Assembly: GCA_024682115.1 (NCBI GenBank)
Contig: JAIKZO010000058.1
Location: 125,869 to 189,868, forward strand
Direction of reading: 5' to 3'
DNA: 64,000 bases
Source: Lachnospiraceae bacterium
Lineage (GTDB): Bacteria; Bacillota; Clostridia; Lachnospirales; Lachnospiraceae
A model generated the notes under the pieces. The model was not told the DNA's origin, ran no database searches, and was given only the letters and a program-made list of their open reading frames with translations. Below, in pieces: positions 49,406 through 59,368 of this stretch. Each line of letters begins with the position of its first letter. The stretch's first letter is position 1. A program made the position numbers and the translations under genes.

Positions 49406-50685
49406 TGTCCGTAAAACAGCTTATACCCTGTATTTATCTCAAAAACGGTTCTGCGGTCGCAGGATTTAAGGATGATACTCTCGTCAGTGCGGATCCCGAA
49501 AAACTTGCGCTGACCTATTTTGAAAGCGGCGCCGATTCCATAATCGTTTTCGATCTTTCCGATGATGATGCTTCTCATGATCAGGCTATCGATATGATCA
49601 AGCTCATCTGTGTAAACGCTGCCATCCCGGTGATCGGAGCTGGCAATGTTAAACGGCTTGAAGACGTTAAAAAGCTGATCTATGCCGGTTGTTCTTCCGT
49701 GGCATTGAACTTTTCGAAAGGATCGAATATTGAGCTTGCTCCCGAAGCAGCCGCCCGTTTCGGAAAGGACCGGATATTCGCGTGCATAGACAAAGCTTCG
49801 GAGGTTTCACAGAACAGAAGCGTCATCGACGAAAATATAAACAGGCTTATCCTTCTGAACGAGCACTCAATAAAAGAGATATTCGGTGAAAACTATTCTT
49901 ATATCGTAATGCTTCCTGATGTATCTCTTGATAAGATCATCGAGATGTTCAAAAAGGAAGAGATCACCGGAATGACCGGAAGTGCGATAAACTCAAATCA
50001 TAAAGCATTTGAGGATATCAAGGCCCTATGCATTGAAAACGGCATTGACGTTAATGTATTCAAGCCGGAAGTGGAATGGAAGGATCTTAAACTCAATTCG
50101 GACGGGATGGTCCCTGTCATAGTTCAGGATTGTAAGACAGGTGAAGTCCTGATGCTCGCATACATGAACGAAGAGGCATATATCAAGACGCTAAAATCCA
50201 TGAGGATGACTTATTTTTCAAGATCGAGGAACGAATTATGGATCAAAGGCGAAACATCGGGTCATTATCAGTATCTTAAAGAATTAAAAGCCGATTGCGA
50301 CAAGGACACTCTGCTCGCAAAAGTCCATCAGGTCGGCGCAGCCTGTCACACGGGTTCATATTCATGCTTCTTTAACGAGATAGTAAAAACCGATTACGAT
50401 GATTCAAATCCTTTAAAGGTATTTGAATCCGTCATGGATGTGATCAAAGACAGAAAAGTAAATCCCAAAGAAGGTTCCTATACAAATTATCTGTTTGATA
50501 AAGGTATTGATAAGATCCTTAAGAAAGTCGGAGAGGAAGCGACCGAGATCGTTATTGCCGCAAAGAATCCCAATCCAAATGAGATCAAATACGAGATCGC
50601 CGATTTCCTTTACCATATGATGGTTCTGATGGCCGAAAAGGGTATTTCCTGGGAAGAGATAACCGAAGAATTGGATAAAAGATGA
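49405..50685 (+). CDS. hisIE: Tri-domain protein: divergent HisA/HisF-like barrel + PR-AMP cyclohydrolase (HisI) + PR-ATP pyrophosphatase (HisE)
   Basis: N-terminal ~215 aa: [10 protein letters not shown]...[11 protein letters not shown]...VIGAGNV...ALN...FACID. HisI: VPVIVQD...[11 protein letters not shown]...CDKDTLL...[10 protein letters not shown]. HisE: [24 protein letters not shown]...[13 protein letters not shown]. Confidence 0.85.
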   Translation: MSVKQLIPCIYLKNGSAVAGFKDDTLVSADPEKLALTYFESGADSIIVFDLSDDDASHDQAIDMIKLICVNAAIPVIGAGNVKRLEDVKKLIYAGCSSVALNFSKGSNIELAPEAAARFGKDRIFACIDKASEVSQNRSVIDENINRLILLNEHSIKEIFGENYSYIVMLPDVSLDKIIEMFKKEEITGMTGSAINSNHKAFEDIKALCIENGIDVNVFKPEVEWKDLKLNSDGMVPVIVQDCKTGEVLMLAYMNEEAYIKTLKSMRMTYFSRSRNELWIKGETSGHYQYLKELKADCDKDTLLAKVHQVGAACHTGSYSCFFNEIVKTDYDDSNPLKVFESVMDVIKDRKVNPKEGSYTNYLFDKGIDKILKKVGEEATEIVIAAKNPNPNEIKYEIADFLYHMMVLMAEKGISWEEITEELDKR

Positions 50686-52553
50686 ACGATAATCTGGCTC
50701 TGTCCGACGACATCCTGATGAGTGTCGAAAAACCGGCAAGATATATTGGAAATGAGGTCAATGCCGTTTACAAGGATCCCGATAAGGTTGATATCCGTTT
50801 TGTGATGTGCTTCCCCGATGTATATGAGATAGGCATGTCTCATCTGGGGATACAGATCCTTTACGATATGTTCAACAAATTCGAAGATACCTGGTGTGAA
50901 CGGGTATACAGTCCCTGGCCTGATCTTGATGCGATCATGAGGAAGGAAAAGCTTCCTCTTTTTGCGCTGGAATCACAACAGCCGATAAAAGATTTTGATT
51001 TTCTGGGGATAACTCTGCAATATGAGATGTGTTATACGAATATCCTTCAGATACTGGATCTGGCTGGCATACCCCTGTATTCATCCGAGCGGACCTGGGA
51101 TGATCCCATAGTATTCGGAGGCGGTCCCTGCAGCTATAATCCCGAGCCCGTAGCCGAATTCTTTGATATCTTTTATATCGGTGAAGGCGAGACCCGATAC
51201 AGGGAATTTCTCGATCTGTACAAAAAACTGAAGGGTACGGGAATATCAAGGAATGACTTTCTTATCGAGGCTTCAAAGATCCCCGGAATGTATGTACCTT
51301 CTCTTTATGAGATCAAATACAATGATGACTTTACCATAAGATCCATCGAACCGATGCATCCATCCGTGCCCCGAAAGATTACAAAAGAAGTCGTAAAGGA
51401 TCTTAATGATACTTTCTTCCCCACAGCACCCGTGGTTCCGTATCTCAAAAGCTATTCCGACAGGATAAACCTTGAGATCCAGCGAGGATGCATAAGAGGA
51501 TGCAGGTTCTGTCAGGCGGGGCAGGTATACAGACCTGTCAGGGAACGGAGCATTGATTTTCTGCTTGACACAGCGGTAAGTTCACTTAAGAACACCGGAT
51601 TTGACGAGATCACGTTAAGTTCCCTCAGTTCTTCGGATTATTCAAAACTTGATGAGCTCATAGAAGGACTTATAAAGTATTGTGACGAAAACAATATCAA
51701 TATATCGCTCCCTTCCCTGAGGATAGATGCGTTTTCGCTTGATATCATGTCAAAGATACAGGATGTAAAAAAATCATCCCTGACCTTTGCACCCGAAGCC
51801 GGTTCTCAGCGGCTTCGGGACATAATAAACAAAAACCTTACGGTTCAAAACATTCTGAACGGATGCGAGCAGGCTTTCATCGGCGGCTGGAATAAGGTTA
51901 AACTTTATTTCATGCTCGGACTTCCGTTCGAAAACGACGAAGATATCAACGGTATAGCAAACCTTGCCAATGATATAGCCGCGCTTTATTACGAAACGGT
52001 CCCCAAAGAAAAAAGAATGGGAAGAGCTCAGATAACGGTGAGCACTTCTTTCTTTGTCCCAAAGCCTTTTACACCGTTCCAATGGGCTTCTCAGGACCGC
52101 AAGGAAGATTTTATCGATAAAGCATACAGGACCAGAAAAGCCATAAGCGGAGTCCTGAATCAGAAATCCATAAAGTATAACTGGCATGAGACCGACACTT
52201 CGGTCCTTGAAGGTGTTTTTGCCAGAGGCGACAGACGATTATCCAAGGTGATCCTGAATGCATATAAAAAAGGGTGTATATTCGATGCCTGGTCAGAATA
52301 CTACAAAAACGATCTTTGGCTCGAGGCGTTTGAAGAATGCGGGATCTCGATGGATCATTATACGACAAGGGAAAGACCGGATGACGAGATATTTCCCTGG
52401 GATATGTTGGATTGCGGCGTAAGCAAGGAATTCCTTTTAAGAGAATGGCATAAGGCAAAAGAAGGTGTTCCTTCACCTAATTGTAAGGAAAAATGTAACG
52501 GATGCGGAGCGGCATCTTTCGGTGTTGGTATATGCAGGACTCACAAGCAGTAA
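50682..52553 (+). CDS. B12-binding-domain radical SAM protein (TIGR03960-like), function unknown
   Basis: CxxxCxxC as CIRGCRFC, after a B12-like N-terminal domain. Size ~620 aa. It is followed by its usual DUF2344 partner. ATGA overlap with hisIE. Confidence 0.8.
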   Translation: MNDNLALSDDILMSVEKPARYIGNEVNAVYKDPDKVDIRFVMCFPDVYEIGMSHLGIQILYDMFNKFEDTWCERVYSPWPDLDAIMRKEKLPLFALESQQPIKDFDFLGITLQYEMCYTNILQILDLAGIPLYSSERTWDDPIVFGGGPCSYNPEPVAEFFDIFYIGEGETRYREFLDLYKKLKGTGISRNDFLIEASKIPGMYVPSLYEIKYNDDFTIRSIEPMHPSVPRKITKEVVKDLNDTFFPTAPVVPYLKSYSDRINLEIQRGCIRGCRFCQAGQVYRPVRERSIDFLLDTAVSSLKNTGFDEITLSSLSSSDYSKLDELIEGLIKYCDENNINISLPSLRIDAFSLDIMSKIQDVKKSSLTFAPEAGSQRLRDIINKNLTVQNILNGCEQAFIGGWNKVKLYFMLGLPFENDEDINGIANLANDIAALYYETVPKEKRMGRAQITVSTSFFVPKPFTPFQWASQDRKEDFIDKAYRTRKAISGVLNQKSIKYNWHETDTSVLEGVFARGDRRLSKVILNAYKKGCIFDAWSEYYKNDLWLEAFEECGISMDHYTTRERPDDEIFPWDMLDCGVSKEFLLREWHKAKEGVPSPNCKEKCNGCGAASFGVGICRTHKQ

Positions 52554-53242
52554 AATACAGGGTAAAATTTTCAAAAAAAGGTGCCTTAAGATATATCAGC
52601 CATCTTGATGTGATGCGGTATTTTCAGAAGGTGATAAGAAGAGCGGAGATCCCGGTAAAATATTCAGAAGGATTTTCGCCTCATCAGTTACTGTCGTTTG
52701 CTTATCCGTTATCTCTCGGTTATACTTCCGACGGAGAATATCTTGATATGGTCATGACCGAAAGAGTCAACGAGGAAGAGGCTTTGAGGCGGCTGAATGA
52801 ATGCTCGGAAAGCGGGATAAAGATACTCGCAGTCAAGGAACTGGATGAAAAGGCCCGTAATTGCATGGCCTGCGTATTTGCCGCATCTTATAACATAACG
52901 ATAAGAGAGAAGATAACTCTGCCTGATGATTTTTGCAAAAAGGTCATTGACTTTTTCGGTCAGGAGACCATCCCGGTCAATAAGCCAAAAAAGAAAAACG
53001 GCGGTTCGGTACTTATCGATCTTAAACAATATCTTTATGATTTCAGGATGATCGATGACCGCACTTTTTATATTTGCGTAAATTCAGGCTCGGAAACGAA
53101 TATAAGACCGGATTTCGTAGCCGGGAGCGTTTGTGAATATTGTAATGTTGTTCCCAACGAAAATCCTTTTTATATTCACCGCGTAGAGATTTATGAAAAC
53201 ATATCCGATAACGAAAATGTTGAATTGAGGGCACTGATCTGA
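52532..53242 (+). CDS. Radical-SAM-linked protein (DUF2344/TIGR03936-like)
   Basis: N-terminus [34 protein letters not shown] is the family signature. It overlaps the radical SAM gene by 22 nt. Confidence 0.7.
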   Translation: MQDSQAVKYRVKFSKKGALRYISHLDVMRYFQKVIRRAEIPVKYSEGFSPHQLLSFAYPLSLGYTSDGEYLDMVMTERVNEEEALRRLNECSESGIKILAVKELDEKARNCMACVFAASYNITIREKITLPDDFCKKVIDFFGQETIPVNKPKKKNGGSVLIDLKQYLYDFRMIDDRTFYICVNSGSETNIRPDFVAGSVCEYCNVVPNENPFYIHRVEIYENISDNENVELRALI

Positions 53243-53243
53243 A

Positions 53244-54398
53244 ATGGGAAAAGTAGTTATAACCGATCTTTACAATACGCATCTTTTATTTCTTTTCGAT
53301 AACGATTTTGAACTCCAGGGTTTAAAAGCCTATTCGAATTCCGATGTTGACACCGTCTATATCGGAAGGATCGATGAGATCAACAAAGGGCTTAATGCCG
53401 CTTTTGTTTCCGTAGGCAAAAAGAAATCCGTCTTTGTTCCGTTGAACGAAATTGATAAAAAGTTACAGAAATGCGGAAATCAGATACCCGTTCAGATCAA
53501 GACCGATGCTCTTAAAACAAAGCTTCCCTCCGCAACGACCGAAATATGTATCCCCGGCGAATACTGTGTGATACATATCGGCGGAAAAGGGATACATTTT
53601 TCCAAAAAGATATCAAATGACGACAGGAAGCTGCTGACTGCATCGATCCGCGACATCTCGCTGAAAGGTCTCGAAGAACACGGTATAGTGATCCGTACCA
53701 ATGCCGTATATCTGGCCGGAAAAGATATAACTCCTTTAAAGAGCGAACTGAAAACGCTTATAAGAGTCGCCAACAGGATAAGACAAAGGTCACAGACAGC
53801 AAAAGCGTTTACCGTTTTATACAAAAACGACAATAATATCGGGAACGAAATCCTGAAACTCAATACCGATGATTATACCGATATCGTTACCGACGACAGG
53901 AAGACATATGAAAAACTGAGCAAGATAGATGTTCTTAAGAATAAGAATATCCGGCTCTATACAGACGAAGCGGTCTCTTTGGTAAATCTTTATTCATTGC
54001 GCACCCATCTTGACAGGATCCTTGATAAGAACGTGTATTTAAAGAGCGGAGGATATCTCATCATTGAAAGCACCGAAGCATTTACGGTCATTGATGTCAA
54101 CTCCGGCAAGGTTCCGGGCAGGAACAAGGATCCCGAAAACTATTATCTTAAAGTGAATCGGGAAGCGGCCGCAGAAGTTGCCCGCCAGATGATTCTGCGC
54201 AATCTGTCGGGTATCATACTGGTGGATTTCATCAATATGTCAAAGCAGAAGAATAATGATACGCTTATGAAGATCATGGCCGATGAACTGGCAAAAGACA
54301 AACTCAAGCCGACGCTCGTAGATATGACAAAGCTCGGGATAGTTGAGATCACGCGCAAAAAGGTCGATCTTTCTCTTGACAAGATAATAATGCTCTGA
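53244..54398 (+). CDS. Rne/Rng family ribonuclease (RNase G-like, short form)
   Basis: S1-like GRIDEINKGLNAAFVSVG and the catalytic region TEAFTVIDVNSGK...GIILVDFI. Confidence 0.8.
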   Translation: MGKVVITDLYNTHLLFLFDNDFELQGLKAYSNSDVDTVYIGRIDEINKGLNAAFVSVGKKKSVFVPLNEIDKKLQKCGNQIPVQIKTDALKTKLPSATTEICIPGEYCVIHIGGKGIHFSKKISNDDRKLLTASIRDISLKGLEEHGIVIRTNAVYLAGKDITPLKSELKTLIRVANRIRQRSQTAKAFTVLYKNDNNIGNEILKLNTDDYTDIVTDDRKTYEKLSKIDVLKNKNIRLYTDEAVSLVNLYSLRTHLDRILDKNVYLKSGGYLIIESTEAFTVIDVNSGKVPGRNKDPENYYLKVNREAAAEVARQMILRNLSGIILVDFINMSKQKNNDTLMKIMADELAKDKLKPTLVDMTKLGIVEITRKKVDLSLDKIIML

Positions 54399-54404
54399 TA
54401 TAAG

Positions 54405-54499
54405 TAAATAGTATGCCGCTTAGTGGGGCTAAAAGTGCGTAAGCCGCCGAAACTAGCGAGTTACTTAAGGATTTCCTTAAGTGAAAGGAGGTAGACCAT
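54405..54499 (+). promoter_or_regulatory. Structured 5' leader of the rplU-prp-rpmA operon (possible L21-leader-type element)
   Basis: A 101-nt gap contains a GC-rich imperfect stem region (GCCGCTTAGTGGGGC...GCGTAAGCCGCC). A perfect 8-bp hairpin ACTTAAGG-attt-CCTTAAGT (54463-54482) abuts the SD GAAAGGAGG. Confidence 0.35.
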
Positions 54500-54808
54500 A
54501 TGTACGCGATAATTGCTACTGGAGGTAAACAGTATAAGGTTTCCGAAGGCGATCTCATCAAAGTTGAGAAGCTCGATGTTAAGGAAGGCGATGCTGTTAC
54601 TTTTGATGATGTTGTAGCCGTTTGCAATGACGGCGACGTTAAGGTAGCCGGTGATGTCAAGTCTGCATCCGTATCCGGCAAGTGTGTTGCACAGGGCCGT
54701 GATAAGAAGGTCATTGTATATAAGTACAAGAGAAAATCCGGTTATCATAAGAAGAACGGTCACAGACAAGCATACACTCAGGTTAAGATTGAAAAGATCA
54801 ACGCATAG
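54500..54808 (+). CDS. rplU: 50S ribosomal protein L21
   Basis: MYAIIATGGKQYKVSEGD... is the L21 signature. Confidence 0.97.
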   Translation: MYAIIATGGKQYKVSEGDLIKVEKLDVKEGDAVTFDDVVAVCNDGDVKVAGDVKSASVSGKCVAQGRDKKVIVYKYKRKSGYHKKNGHRQAYTQVKIEKINA

Positions 54809-54817
54809 TGTATTGAT

Positions 54818-55162
54818 ATGACTACGGTTACTTTTTTTAAGAGAGCAGATGTATATACCGGCTTTATCGCCAAAGGTCATGCGGGTTTTGACGAGCGTGG
54901 CAAAGATATCGTCTGTTCGTCTGTCTCGATATTGGTCATCAATACGATCAATTCCATCGAAGAGATATGTCATGTGGGCTTCGGCCTTACAAAGGACGAT
55001 AAAAAAGGTATCCTCGGCATCGAACTAAACGATACGGAAGATGCCGGAACACAATTGCTGATCAGGTCCTTAATGCTCGGACTTGAATCGATCCGTGATG
55101 AATACGGAAAAAAGTATCTGAAAGTAATTACAAAGGAGGTAAACGACAATGTTAAAGCTTAA
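54818..55162 (+). CDS. prp: Ribosomal-processing cysteine protease Prp
   Basis: It lies between rplU and rpmA. Conserved His (KGHAGF) and Cys (DIVCSSVS) are present. Confidence 0.85.
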   Translation: MTTVTFFKRADVYTGFIAKGHAGFDERGKDIVCSSVSILVINTINSIEEICHVGFGLTKDDKKGILGIELNDTEDAGTQLLIRSLMLGLESIRDEYGKKYLKVITKEVNDNVKA

Positions 55163-55433
55163 CCTTCAATTTTTCGCTCATAAAAAAGGAATGGGTTCTA
55201 CCAAGAACGGCAGAGACTCAGAGAGTAAGAGATTAGGAGCTAAGCGTGCTGACGGCCAGTTCGTTAAGGCCGGAAACATCTTATACAGGCAGCGCGGAAC
55301 AAAGATCCATCCCGGTATCAATGTTGGCATAGGCGGTGACGATACCTTATTTGCCAAGGTTGACGGCGTACTTAGATTCGAAAGAGTAGGCAGAGACAGA
55401 AAACAGGCTTCTGTTTATCCCGTAGAAGATTAG
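55149..55433 (+). CDS. rpmA: 50S ribosomal protein L27, with a cleavable N-terminal extension
   Basis: MLKLNLQFF|[15 protein letters not shown]: the Firmicute pro-sequence followed by mature L27. Confidence 0.97.
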   Translation: MLKLNLQFFAHKKGMGSTKNGRDSESKRLGAKRADGQFVKAGNILYRQRGTKIHPGINVGIGGDDTLFAKVDGVLRFERVGRDRKQASVYPVED

Positions 55434-55442
55434 TATTTTAAG

Positions 55443-55469
55443 GGCTCCGGTTTACCGGGGCCTTTTTTT
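55443..55469 (+). terminator. Rho-independent terminator after rpmA
   Basis: GGCTCCGG-ttta-CCGGGGCC (one G-U pair) followed by TTTTTTT. Confidence 0.8.
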
Positions 55470-55483
55470 CACAGGTAAGGTAA

Positions 55484-56776
55484 ATGTTTAACGACAGAGC
55501 AAAGATAGTAGTAAGATCAGGAAGAGGCGGAGACGGACACGTTTCATTCCGCAGGGAAAAATATGTCCCGAACGGCGGGCCGGACGGCGGAGACGGCGGT
55601 AATGGAGGCAGCGTGTATCTTGAGATCGACGAGGGCATGAATACCCTGGCCGATTATCGTCATGTCAGAAAATATAAGGCCGAAGACGGTGAAGACGGCG
55701 GAAAAAAAAGATGCCGCGGGAAAAACGGAAACGATCTTATCCTTAAAATGCCCGAAGGAACGGTCGTAAAAGAAGCGACAAGCAGCAAGGTAATTACCGA
55801 TCTTTCCGGAGACAACAGAAAATTCCTTCTGCTTGCGGGCGGTCATGGCGGAAAAGGTAATCAGCATTATGCCACGAGTACCATGCAGGCGCCCAAATAT
55901 GCTCAGCCCGGCGGGGAAGCCAAAGAACTCGAACTCGTACTCGAACTTAAACTTCTTGCGGATGCCGGCCTTGTAGGGCTTCCAAACGTCGGTAAATCCA
56001 CTTTTCTTACAAAGGTGTCCAACGCAAGACCCGAGATCGCAAATTATCATTTTACTACGATCAATCCGCATCTGGGCATGGTCAATGTCGAGGGTATCGA
56101 ACCTTTTGTCATTGCCGATATCCCGGGACTTATCGAAGGAGCCAGCGAAGGAGCGGGGCTGGGTCACGAATTTTTAAGACATATTGAAAGGACCCGGGTC
56201 CTCATACATATCCTTGACGCTTCCGGTCTTGAAGGAAGGGATCCCGTTGAAGATTTTTATACGATCAACAAAGAGCTTGAAAACTACAATCCGGATATAG
56301 CCAAAAAGAAGCTGGTCATTGCAGCGAACAAGACGGACTGCATATATGACGACGGCTCTGAAAATCCTTTGGACAGGATAAAAAAAGAATTTGAGCCCAA
56401 AGGAATAAAGGTATTTCCGATCTGTGCGCTTTCCGGTGAGGGTATCAGGGAACTGCTTCTTGAAGTAAGAAATATCCTTGACGAGACCGCCGAAGAAAAG
56501 ACCGTATTCGAACAGGAATTCTTCCCCGAATACATGATGGCACCTTCGGACGAACCTTATACTGTGCGTTTCGACGAAGATAATAACGAATACGTGATAG
56601 AAGGTCCAAGGATCGAAAAGATGCTCGGATATACGAATCTCGATTCCGAAAAGGGCTTTATGTTCTTCCAGAGTTTTCTTAAAGATAACATGATTATAGA
56701 TGATCTTCTGGCCCTGGGGATCGAAGAAGGAGACATCGTTAGGATCTACGACCTGACTTTTGAATATTATAAATAA
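55484..56776 (+). CDS. obg: GTPase Obg/CgtA
   Basis: Gly-rich Obg fold (GGDGGNGGSV, GGHGGKGN), G1 GLPNVGKST, G3 DIPGLIEGA, and a C-terminal OCT domain. Confidence 0.97.
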   Translation: MFNDRAKIVVRSGRGGDGHVSFRREKYVPNGGPDGGDGGNGGSVYLEIDEGMNTLADYRHVRKYKAEDGEDGGKKRCRGKNGNDLILKMPEGTVVKEATSSKVITDLSGDNRKFLLLAGGHGGKGNQHYATSTMQAPKYAQPGGEAKELELVLELKLLADAGLVGLPNVGKSTFLTKVSNARPEIANYHFTTINPHLGMVNVEGIEPFVIADIPGLIEGASEGAGLGHEFLRHIERTRVLIHILDASGLEGRDPVEDFYTINKELENYNPDIAKKKLVIAANKTDCIYDDGSENPLDRIKKEFEPKGIKVFPICALSGEGIRELLLEVRNILDETAEEKTVFEQEFFPEYMMAPSDEPYTVRFDEDNNEYVIEGPRIEKMLGYTNLDSEKGFMFFQSFLKDNMIIDDLLALGIEEGDIVRIYDLTFEYYK

Positions 56777-56784
56777 GGAGTAAT

Positions 56785-57075
56785 ATGACCAGTAAACAAA
56801 GAGCTTATCTTAAAGGATTGGCAATGAACATCGAACCGGTCTTTCAGGTCGGCAAATCATCGATAACTCCGGAAATGACCGAAGCCGTTTCCGAATGCCT
56901 TAAGAAAAGGGAGCTTATCAAGATATCCGTGTTGAAGAACTGTATGGATGTCCCTTCCCAGATAGCCGAGATACTTGCGGAAAGGACCAATTCCACAGTC
57001 GTGCAGGTAATAGGCAAAAAGATCGTTCTGTATAAGAGAAACAATGAAAATCCCAAAATAGAATTGCCGAAATAA
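56785..57075 (+). CDS. yhbY: Ribosome assembly RNA-binding protein YhbY (CRS1/YhbY domain)
   Basis: MTSKQRAYLKGLAMNIEPVFQVGK...IKISVL matches the family. AAGGAG lies upstream. Confidence 0.85.
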   Translation: MTSKQRAYLKGLAMNIEPVFQVGKSSITPEMTEAVSECLKKRELIKISVLKNCMDVPSQIAEILAERTNSTVVQVIGKKIVLYKRNNENPKIELPK

Positions 57076-57082
57076 TAAGACC

Positions 57083-57667
57083 ATGAAGATCGAAAAGATA
57101 GAAGAGAAGATAAAGAAAGTCCAATCGGAAAAGCGTTTTGCCCACACCAAAGGCGTACAGTATACGGCAATGTGCCTTGCGATGAAATACGACGAGGATA
57201 TCGATAAGGCATCTCTGGCCGGCCTTTTGCATGACTGCGCAAAACACATAAGTGAAGAAAAGCTTCTTTCATTGTGCCTTGAAAACGATATCCCGGTAAG
57301 TGAAACGGAAAAAAGTCATCCTTTTTTACTGCATGGGAAAGTCGGTGCACTGATCGCAAAAAAGAAATTCGGGTTGGATGACGAAGATCTGTTAAACGCC
57401 ATAACCTATCATACGACGGGAAGACCCGGCATGTCGGTTCTTGAAAAGATCATTTTCGTTGCCGATTATATCGAACCGGGACGGAACAGTGCCGAAAATC
57501 TGAAAGCTGTGCGCAAGATGGCTTTTGAAGATCTTGATCTGACTATCGTAAAGATCACGTCCGACACCCTTAATTATCTAAATAAGAAAAAAGCGGCGGT
57601 CGATCCGATGACTAAAATGACTTATGACCATTATATGAAGGAGAGTGTGATAAATGTCAGATCATAA
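57083..57667 (+). CDS. yqeK: HD-domain bis(5'-nucleosyl)-tetraphosphatase YqeK
   Basis: RFAHTKGV...LLHDCAK...ITYHTTG...FVADYIEPGR. Confidence 0.85.
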   Translation: MKIEKIEEKIKKVQSEKRFAHTKGVQYTAMCLAMKYDEDIDKASLAGLLHDCAKHISEEKLLSLCLENDIPVSETEKSHPFLLHGKVGALIAKKKFGLDDEDLLNAITYHTTGRPGMSVLEKIIFVADYIEPGRNSAENLKAVRKMAFEDLDLTIVKITSDTLNYLNKKKAAVDPMTKMTYDHYMKESVINVRS

Positions 57668-58010
57668 TCCCGAAAAACTTAAAGAAACCGTCCTTTCTCT
57701 GGCAAAGAAGCTTGACGAAAAGAAAGGAAACGATATAAAGATCCTGGATATCAGCGAAGTATCCGTTATGGCCGATTACTTTGTGATAACCTCCGGGAAC
57801 AACAAAAATCATATCCAGATGCTCAGCGACGAGACGGATGCACTTTTATCCAAAGCAGGCCTAAAACTCAGGCAGATAGAAGGATATGACAATGCCGGCT
57901 GGATATTGCTTGATTTCGGCGATGTTATCGTACATATCTTCGATAAGGAGAACCGCCTGTTCTATGATCTTGAAAGGATCTGGAAAGACGGAAAAGTACT
58001 AAATATTTGA
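57654..58010 (+). CDS. rsfS: Ribosome silencing factor RsfS
   Basis: KKGNDIKILDISEVSVMADYFVITSG...WILLDFGDVIVHIF...YDLERIW. Confidence 0.9.
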   Translation: MSDHNPEKLKETVLSLAKKLDEKKGNDIKILDISEVSVMADYFVITSGNNKNHIQMLSDETDALLSKAGLKLRQIEGYDNAGWILLDFGDVIVHIFDKENRLFYDLERIWKDGKVLNI

Positions 58011-58035
58011 CATATACAGACTCGTGATGTATATT
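58007..58035 (+). promoter_or_regulatory. Promoter candidate for the substrate-binding protein gene
   Basis: TTGACA (58007-58012, overlapping the rsfS stop), 17 nt, TATATT (58030-58035). Confidence 0.5.
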
Positions 58036-58072
58036 TTTACAAAATATCAGTATTATTTCAAAGGAGGAGATT

Positions 58073-59296
58073 ATGAAAAAATTATTAAGCGCAGTGCTTG
58101 CGACAGCTCTGATCGTAAGCATGCTGTCAGGTTGTGCCGGTGCTTCTGCGGATACCGCTGCAACACAGAGCAACGCTTCCGACACTTCGGCAGTTTCATC
58201 TGATTCTTCGGATCAGGCCTCAACGGGAGCAGCTACATTTAAGATCGGTGGTATCGGACCTATCACGGGCGGTGCTGCAGTTTACGGTCTCGCGGTTATG
58301 AATGCCGCTCAGATCGCTATCGATGAGATCAATGCTGCAGGCGGTATCAACGGTTATCAGGTAGAGTACAATTTCCAGGACGACGAACTTGATAATGAGA
58401 AATCCGTTAACGCGTACAACACTTTGAAGGACTGGGGTATGCAGATACTTATGGGTACCGTTACTTCAGGTTGCTGCGTAGCAGTTGCATCCGAAACAGC
58501 CAAGGACAACATGTTCCAGATCACACCTTCCGGTTCTGCTGTTGACTGTATCGCAAATCCCAATGTATTCCAGGTATGCTTCACCGACCCTAACCAGGGA
58601 ATCGCTGCAGCCGATTACATTGCAGATAACGGTGTAGCTTCAAAGGTAGCCGTTATCTATGACAGTTCAGATGTTTATTCTTCAGGAATATATGCAAAGT
58701 TCGCTGAAGAAGCTACAGCTAAGGGTCTTGAGATCGTTTCTGCAGAGGCATTTACGGCAGATAACAAGACAGATTTTTCCGTACAGCTTCAGAAGGCACA
58801 GGAAAACGGTGCTGAACTCGTATTCCTTCCCATCTATTACACGGAAGCATCTTTGATCCTTTCACAGGCTGACAAGATGGGTTATGCAACAAAGTTCTTC
58901 GGATGTGACGGACTTGACGGTATCCTCGGAGTTGAAAACTTTGATGCTTCACTTGCTGAAGGTGTTATGCTTCTTACACCTTTCGCTGCCGATGCAACAG
59001 ATGATGCCACCAAGGCTTTTGTAGCTGAGTACAACAAGCGTTTCGGCGAGAACCCCAACCAGTTCGCTGCTGATGCTTATGATGCTGTTTATACCATCAA
59101 GGCTATCCTTGAAGCCGGCAACGTAGATCCTTCGATGTCAGTTTCCGATATCTGCGAAAAATGTAAGAGCGGAATGACAAGCGTAAGCATCGACGGTCTT
59201 ACGGGTCTCGGTATGACATGGAGTGCTGACGGTGCCGTTAACAAAGCTCCCAAGGCTATGGAGATCAAAGGCGGCGAGTACAAGCTCATTCAGTAA
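58073..59296 (+). CDS. Branched-chain amino acid (LivJ/K-type) ABC transporter substrate-binding lipoprotein
   Basis: Signal peptide with lipobox LSGCAG, a Ser/Asp-rich linker, and a type-I periplasmic binding fold (FKIGGIGPITGGAAVYG). It is followed by livHMGF. Confidence 0.85.
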   Translation: MKKLLSAVLATALIVSMLSGCAGASADTAATQSNASDTSAVSSDSSDQASTGAATFKIGGIGPITGGAAVYGLAVMNAAQIAIDEINAAGGINGYQVEYNFQDDELDNEKSVNAYNTLKDWGMQILMGTVTSGCCVAVASETAKDNMFQITPSGSAVDCIANPNVFQVCFTDPNQGIAAADYIADNGVASKVAVIYDSSDVYSSGIYAKFAEEATAKGLEIVSAEAFTADNKTDFSVQLQKAQENGAELVFLPIYYTEASLILSQADKMGYATKFFGCDGLDGILGVENFDASLAEGVMLLTPFAADATDDATKAFVAEYNKRFGENPNQFAADAYDAVYTIKAILEAGNVDPSMSVSDICEKCKSGMTSVSIDGLTGLGMTWSADGAVNKAPKAMEIKGGEYKLIQ

Positions 59297-59321
59297 TTCA
59301 AATAATTACCTGACTAATGCA

Positions 59322-59352
59322 ACGGAGCATCTTAGCGGATGCTCCGTTTTTT
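59322..59352 (+). terminator. Strong rho-independent terminator after the binding-protein gene
   Basis: ACGGAGCATC-ttagcg-GATGCTCCGT followed by TTTTTT. Confidence 0.85.
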
Positions 59353-59368
59353 GTCTGAGATACATACG

